A stretch of DNA of 64,000 nucleotides, from assembly GCA_963734535.1 (NCBI GenBank), contig CAVTHS010000003.1, positions 256,001 to 320,000 of the forward strand, given 5' to 3'. Shown here piece after piece: positions 59,712-64,000 of this stretch (its first letter is position 1; every line of letters starts with the position of its first letter). Position numbers and translations under genes: made by a program. The notes beneath the pieces are model-generated. The model saw only the letters and a list, made by a program, of their open reading frames with translations, did no database searches and was not told where the DNA came from. Origin of the DNA: an uncultured Chloroflexia bacterium. GTDB taxonomy: Bacteria; Chloroflexota; Limnocylindria; Limnocylindrales; CSP1-4.

Positions 59712-61331
59712 ATGGTCTCCCTGCACGGCCGTACAGGCCGGATCCGCCCGTCCCGGGGCGCTGCGATCCTCGGTGTCGTCGCGCTGGTTGCGCTTGCCGG
59801 CACGCTGCCGCTCGCACCTGGCAGCGGGGCCCGGGGCGCCGACCGCGAGACGCGAATCGCCATGTCGGCGCCGGCCACCATCGATCCCGCCGCGGCCGGC
59901 GACGCGGGCAGCGCCGCGGTGATCGCCCAGCTCTTCGAGGGCCTCACCGCGATCGACGGCAGCCTCGCGCCGCGGCCGGCGCTCGCCGCGAGCTGGGCCT
60001 TCACGGACGGCAACCGGACCGTCGACTTCACGCTCCGCGATGGGCTCACGTTCTCGGATGGGACGCCGATCAGCGCCGAGGACGTCGTGCGGAGCTGGCT
60101 CCGCGTCCTGGACCCGGCCGCTCCATCGCCGCTGGCGGCGCTCCTGTACGACGTCGTCGGGGCGCGCGCGTACGCCACCGGGGCATCGCCCGACCCGGCG
60201 ACCGTCGGCCTGCATGCGAACGGGCGCGTCCTCGAGGTGCAGCTGACGCGCCCGGCCGGTGACTTCCCGGCGATCGCGGCCAGCCCGTCGCTCGCGGTGG
60301 TCCCGCCCGGGGTCGTGCGCGGAGGAGCGGGTCTCGGGGCGGGAGCCGGTTTCGTGGCTTCGGGTGCCTATGTCCTCTCGGCGAAGACCCCGACGGAGCT
60401 CCAGCTGACGGCGAACGATCACTACTGGGCGGGCGCACCGTCGCTCACCCGCGTGACGCTGGTCACGGACCTCGGCGGGAAGTCCCCGGTCGATGTCTTC
60501 GGGGCGGGGACGCTGGACTGGACCCCGGTGGGACCCGAGGACGCATCCTGGATCGGCTTCGACCGGACGCTCGGCCCGCAGCTGCGCTCCTCGGCGGACC
60601 TCGCGGTGACCTACTTCGGGTTCGACACGCGCCGGGCGCCCTTCAACGACCCGCGGGTCAGGCGTGCCTTCGCGCAGGCGGTGGACTGGCGCCGGGTCGT
60701 GCGCCTCGCGGACGGCAGCGACGCCCTGCCGGCGACCGGGATGGTCCCGCCCGGGATCCCCGGCCGCAGCGATGCGGACCTCCTGCCGACGTTCGATCCG
60801 GCGGCCGCGAAGCGTCTCCTCGCGGACGCGGGCTACGCCGACCCGGCCGCGTTCCCGGTGATCACGCTGGTGGACGCCGGGACCCCCTACGACGCAGGGA
60901 TCCTCGACCAGCTCCATGCGAACCTCGGGATCACCGTGCGTTACGAGTCGCTCGACTTCACGGACTTCTTCACCCGCCTCGCCGGGACCGATGGGCCGCG
61001 CTTCTGGGCGCTCGGCTGGGTCGCCGACTACCCGTCGCCGTCCGATTTCCTGGGGATCCTGCTCGGGAGCGGCCAGCCGAACAACTACGGCGGCTGGACA
61101 TCCGCGGCGTTCGACGACGCGATCGCCCGCGCGGCGGCGAGCCAGGATCCGGCGACCGTGCGCGCGGCGTACGACCAGGCCGAGGCCATCGTGCGCGACG
61201 AGGTACCCGTTGTGCCCGCCGCCTACAGCACCAGCTACGCGCTGAGCCGGACCGGGCTCCTCGGTGCGCAGACGAACGGCCTGGGCATCCTGCGGATCGC
61301 CGGGATGGCGTGGGCCCCGGGGACGCCGTGA
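59712..61331 (+). CDS. Peptide ABC transporter substrate-binding protein (family 5, OppA-like)
   Basis: TIDPA, LFEGLT, LAASW, FTLRDGLTFSDGTPISAEDV, PFNDPRVRRAF, GWVADYPSPSDFL; TATACT 7 nt before ATG 59712. Confidence 0.9.
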   Translation: MVSLHGRTGRIRPSRGAAILGVVALVALAGTLPLAPGSGARGADRETRIAMSAPATIDPAAAGDAGSAAVIAQLFEGLTAIDGSLAPRPALAASWAFTDGNRTVDFTLRDGLTFSDGTPISAEDVVRSWLRVLDPAAPSPLAALLYDVVGARAYATGASPDPATVGLHANGRVLEVQLTRPAGDFPAIAASPSLAVVPPGVVRGGAGLGAGAGFVASGAYVLSAKTPTELQLTANDHYWAGAPSLTRVTLVTDLGGKSPVDVFGAGTLDWTPVGPEDASWIGFDRTLGPQLRSSADLAVTYFGFDTRRAPFNDPRVRRAFAQAVDWRRVVRLADGSDALPATGMVPPGIPGRSDADLLPTFDPAAAKRLLADAGYADPAAFPVITLVDAGTPYDAGILDQLHANLGITVRYESLDFTDFFTRLAGTDGPRFWALGWVADYPSPSDFLGILLGSGQPNNYGGWTSAAFDDAIARAAASQDPATVRAAYDQAEAIVRDEVPVVPAAYSTSYALSRTGLLGAQTNGLGILRIAGMAWAPGTP

Positions 61332-62809
61332 CGCTGCCGCGCCCACGGCGCTCGATGCGGTCGCTCCTGGCGGTCGTTGCCGCGCTCGGCATCGCCATGG
61401 GGCTTGCGGCGCCCGGCGTGCGGGCCGCGGACGTCACCTTCGGCACGCCGTCCGCGACAGCGACGTTCGGCACGAGCGTCACGTTCGTGCAGCCGGTGAC
61501 CGTCGGCGGGACGATCAGGCGGGCCGAGCTGTTGATCACCTTCCCGACCGCGCTCGGGCCGCTCGTGCACGAGGTCCCGGTCCCGTCCGGCAGCGGCGCG
61601 CTCGTGCTGCGGGGCGGCTGGTCGGTCGCGACGGACGGCCACCTGGTGCCGAACACGCCGCTCGTGGCGCGCTGGCGCATCACGCCAACCGTCGGCGACC
61701 CGGTGGAAGGCCCGCCGGTCAGCGTGCTCTACGAGGACACCCGGTTCACCTGGCAGACGTTGACCGGCCCCCTGGTCCGGATTCACTGGTACGAGGGCGA
61801 CGAGGCGTTCGCGCGGCGCGCCCTGGCGGTGGGGGAGAAGGGCGTCAAGCAGGCGGCAGACCTGCTGGGCGTGAAGGAGACGCAGCCGATCGACTTCTAC
61901 GTCTACGCGGCCCAGGCGCCGTTCTACGACGCGCTGGGTCCCGGCACGCGCGAGAACGTCGGCGGCGAGGCGCACGCGGACATTCGAACGCTGTTCGCGC
62001 TCATCGAGCCGAGCGCCGTCAACGACCCCTGGGTGGGCGTGGTGATCCCGCACGAGCTGACCCACCTGGTCTTCGACACTGCCGTCCATAACCCCTATCA
62101 CTTCCCGCCACGCTGGCTCAACGAGGGGCTGGCGGTCTACCTCTCCGAGGGCTACACGACGTCATGGCGCGCTGCCGTCGAGGGGGCGATCGGCGGGGGC
62201 ACGCTCCTCTCGCTGGCCGCGCTGGACGGCCAGTTCCCAACGACGGCGGACGGGTTCCTCCTCGCGTACGGCGAGAGCGTGTCGGCCGTCGACTACTTCG
62301 TCCGCACGTACGGCAAGGCGCGCCTCGTCTCGCTGATCCGCTCGTATGCGTCGGGCCGCACGGACGACGAGGCGTTCAAGGCAGCCATCGGCCTGGACGT
62401 ACCCGGTTTCGAGGCGGCCTGGCTTGCCGCCCTCGGGGCGACGGCCCCCCGCCGGTATGGACCCCAGCCCGCGCCGACCGGACCCGTGCCGCCCGGCTGG
62501 AGCGGCGCGGCCGTTTCGGCGCCTCCCGGCTCGCCCTCGCCGGCGCCGCCGTCGCTCACCCCCGGTGCATCGGCCCCGGGTGTCGCGGCCTCTCCCGCGG
62601 GCGCAACCGGGGGCGCGACGACTGGTGACGGTGCACCCACCGGGCCGATCCTCCTCGCGATCGCGGCCGCGGGGCTCGGCGTCGGCGGGGTGCTTGGGTA
62701 CCTCCGCCGCAGGCGCAGCATGCGGGCCACCAGCCGCCGCGACATGCGCACGGGCGACGATCCCGACCCTGGCCCCTGGGACCTGGGCCCACCGACGCAA
62801 ACCCCGTGA
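61328..62809 (+). CDS. Surface peptidase MA family metallopeptidase with C-terminal membrane anchor
   Basis: Signal peptide, HELTH...PRWLNEGLAVY gluzincin motif, AYGESVSAV, Pro-rich linker, TM helix, RRRR tail. Confidence 0.85.
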   Translation: MTLPRPRRSMRSLLAVVAALGIAMGLAAPGVRAADVTFGTPSATATFGTSVTFVQPVTVGGTIRRAELLITFPTALGPLVHEVPVPSGSGALVLRGGWSVATDGHLVPNTPLVARWRITPTVGDPVEGPPVSVLYEDTRFTWQTLTGPLVRIHWYEGDEAFARRALAVGEKGVKQAADLLGVKETQPIDFYVYAAQAPFYDALGPGTRENVGGEAHADIRTLFALIEPSAVNDPWVGVVIPHELTHLVFDTAVHNPYHFPPRWLNEGLAVYLSEGYTTSWRAAVEGAIGGGTLLSLAALDGQFPTTADGFLLAYGESVSAVDYFVRTYGKARLVSLIRSYASGRTDDEAFKAAIGLDVPGFEAAWLAALGATAPRRYGPQPAPTGPVPPGWSGAAVSAPPGSPSPAPPSLTPGASAPGVAASPAGATGGATTGDGAPTGPILLAIAAAGLGVGGVLGYLRRRRSMRATSRRDMRTGDDPDPGPWDLGPPTQTP

Positions 62810-63570
62810 GCGGCATCGCTGCCCGGATGCGGTCGATCCCCACCTGGGAGATCACCCTCTTCCTGGCGCTCGTCTCGCTGGGGTTCCTCATCGCGGCCCA
62901 GGTCCGCTCGGAGGCGCCGCGGGTGCGGTACACCTCGCAGGAGCGCGCCCCGCTCATCGAGACGGCGCTCGGACTCCAGGCGCAGCAGAAGTCCCTCCAG
63001 GCGCAGATCCTCGACCTGCGCAGCCGGATCGCCTCCACCGAGGTCGCCACGCAGGGCAGCAGCGCCATCGCCACGCAGCTCAACGACGCCCTCTTCCAGG
63101 CTCGGCTCTCGGCCGGCCTGACGGCCCTCGAGGGCAACGGCCTCGTCGTCCAGCTCGAGGATGCCCTGCAGGTGTCCCAGGCGGCCGGGAGCGCCGATCT
63201 GCTGGTCACGGGGCGGGACGTCCGGACGGTCGTCGAGGAGCTCTGGCTGGCGGGCGCGGAGGCCGTGGCCGTCAACGACGAGCGTGTCGTCTCGGCCACC
63301 TCGATCATCGACATCGGGGGATCGCTGCTCGTCAACTCCGCCTACGTCGCGCCGCCATACCAGGTGAAGGCGGTTGGCCCGGCAGACATGTACGCGCAGC
63401 TGGCGGAATCGGCAAGCTGGGTCGGTTTCGTCGCGTCGCGCGCGGGCCAGAATGGGATCCGGCTTGCGATCGCGCAGCCGGCCAGCCTCCTGGTCCCTGC
63501 CTACGCGGGCTCCGTGACGATCCGCTACGCGCAGCCGCCCGCCTCTTCGGCCCCCTCGGCGAACCCGTAG
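62806..63570 (+). CDS. DUF881 domain protein
   Basis: N-terminal TM, coiled coil, AGLTALEGNGLVVQLED, VEELWLAGAEAVAVNDERV, PPYQVKAVG. Confidence 0.88.
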   Translation: MSGIAARMRSIPTWEITLFLALVSLGFLIAAQVRSEAPRVRYTSQERAPLIETALGLQAQQKSLQAQILDLRSRIASTEVATQGSSAIATQLNDALFQARLSAGLTALEGNGLVVQLEDALQVSQAAGSADLLVTGRDVRTVVEELWLAGAEAVAVNDERVVSATSIIDIGGSLLVNSAYVAPPYQVKAVGPADMYAQLAESASWVGFVASRAGQNGIRLAIAQPASLLVPAYAGSVTIRYAQPPASSAPSANP

Positions 63571-64000
63571 ATGCGAAGCCGCGGCAGCCAGGTCGCCCTC
63601 GCCGTCGTCGCCCTGGTGCTCGGATTCCTTGTCGTCACGCAGGTCCGCAGCCAGGCCGGCGGGACGGGCCTGGAGAACCGCTCGGCGCAGGACCTGACGC
63701 TGCTCGTCGCGAATCTCAACACGCGCAACGACCAGCTTCGCGGCGAGGTGGCCGATCTCGGCCGCCAGCTCGATTCGATCGCGGCCGCGCAGGCGCGCGG
63801 CGACACGTCGGCCGGCCAGCTCCGTGACGACCTGGTCCGGGTTCGGATCTGGTCGGGAGTGGGTGCCGCCGTGGGCCAGGGCGTTCGCGTGGTGTTGCGC
63901 GGACCGGTCACGGCCGTCGTCCTCGAGGACCTGGTCAACGAGCTCCGCAACGCGGGCGCCGAGGCGATCGCCGTCGGCGGCGTGCGCGTCGTGCCGGCCA
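63571..64000 (+). CDS. Second DUF881 domain protein (3' end outside the window)
   Basis: MRSRGSQVALAVVALVLGFLVVTQVRSQ...GQGVRVVL...LVNELRNAGAEAIAVGGVRVV. Confidence 0.85.
   Translation, partial: MRSRGSQVALAVVALVLGFLVVTQVRSQAGGTGLENRSAQDLTLLVANLNTRNDQLRGEVADLGRQLDSIAAAQARGDTSAGQLRDDLVRVRIWSGVGAAVGQGVRVVLRGPVTAVVLEDLVNELRNAGAEAIAVGGVRVVPA

Overview
A very GC-rich bacterial chromosomal segment (hand-counted core-gene lines about 75% GC). Gene content and order suggest Chloroflexota, possibly Ca. Limnocylindria; that placement is inference. Core blocks: recN-xerD-PH/SHOCT-M50 protease-HD-scpAB-rluB-amidohydrolase-cmk-plsC-ispH-der-tRNA-Pro; pckG-aromatic amino acid decarboxylase; DUF4332-DUF1461-M50/CBS-moeA-moaC-mog; acyl-CoA dehydrogenase-etfBA; nrdR-dcd-MBL hydrolase; glutaredoxin-like-ccdA-TlpA; tRNA-Arg; pxpABC; two RNA methyltransferases; orphan peptide-binding protein-MA peptidase-two DUF881 genes. 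Accessory patches follow both tRNAs and fill 29.8-35.5 kb; they hold a MalT/LAL regulator-oxidoreductase-ABC module, a modular GH25 muramidase, many Pro/Ser/Thr-rich surface proteins and several gene remnants. Non-coding signals read from the sequence: tandem NrdR boxes upstream of nrdR-dcd, a c-di-GMP-II-like riboswitch candidate, a 7-2-7 LuxR-type palindrome, about ten apparently leaderless genes, and a 23-bp duplication of the pckG ribosome-binding region. Many genes between about 20 and 53 kb have single-base frameshifts that look like long-read consensus errors. I saw no CRISPR array, rRNA, transposase or prophage. All product calls come from motif recognition, not database searches.
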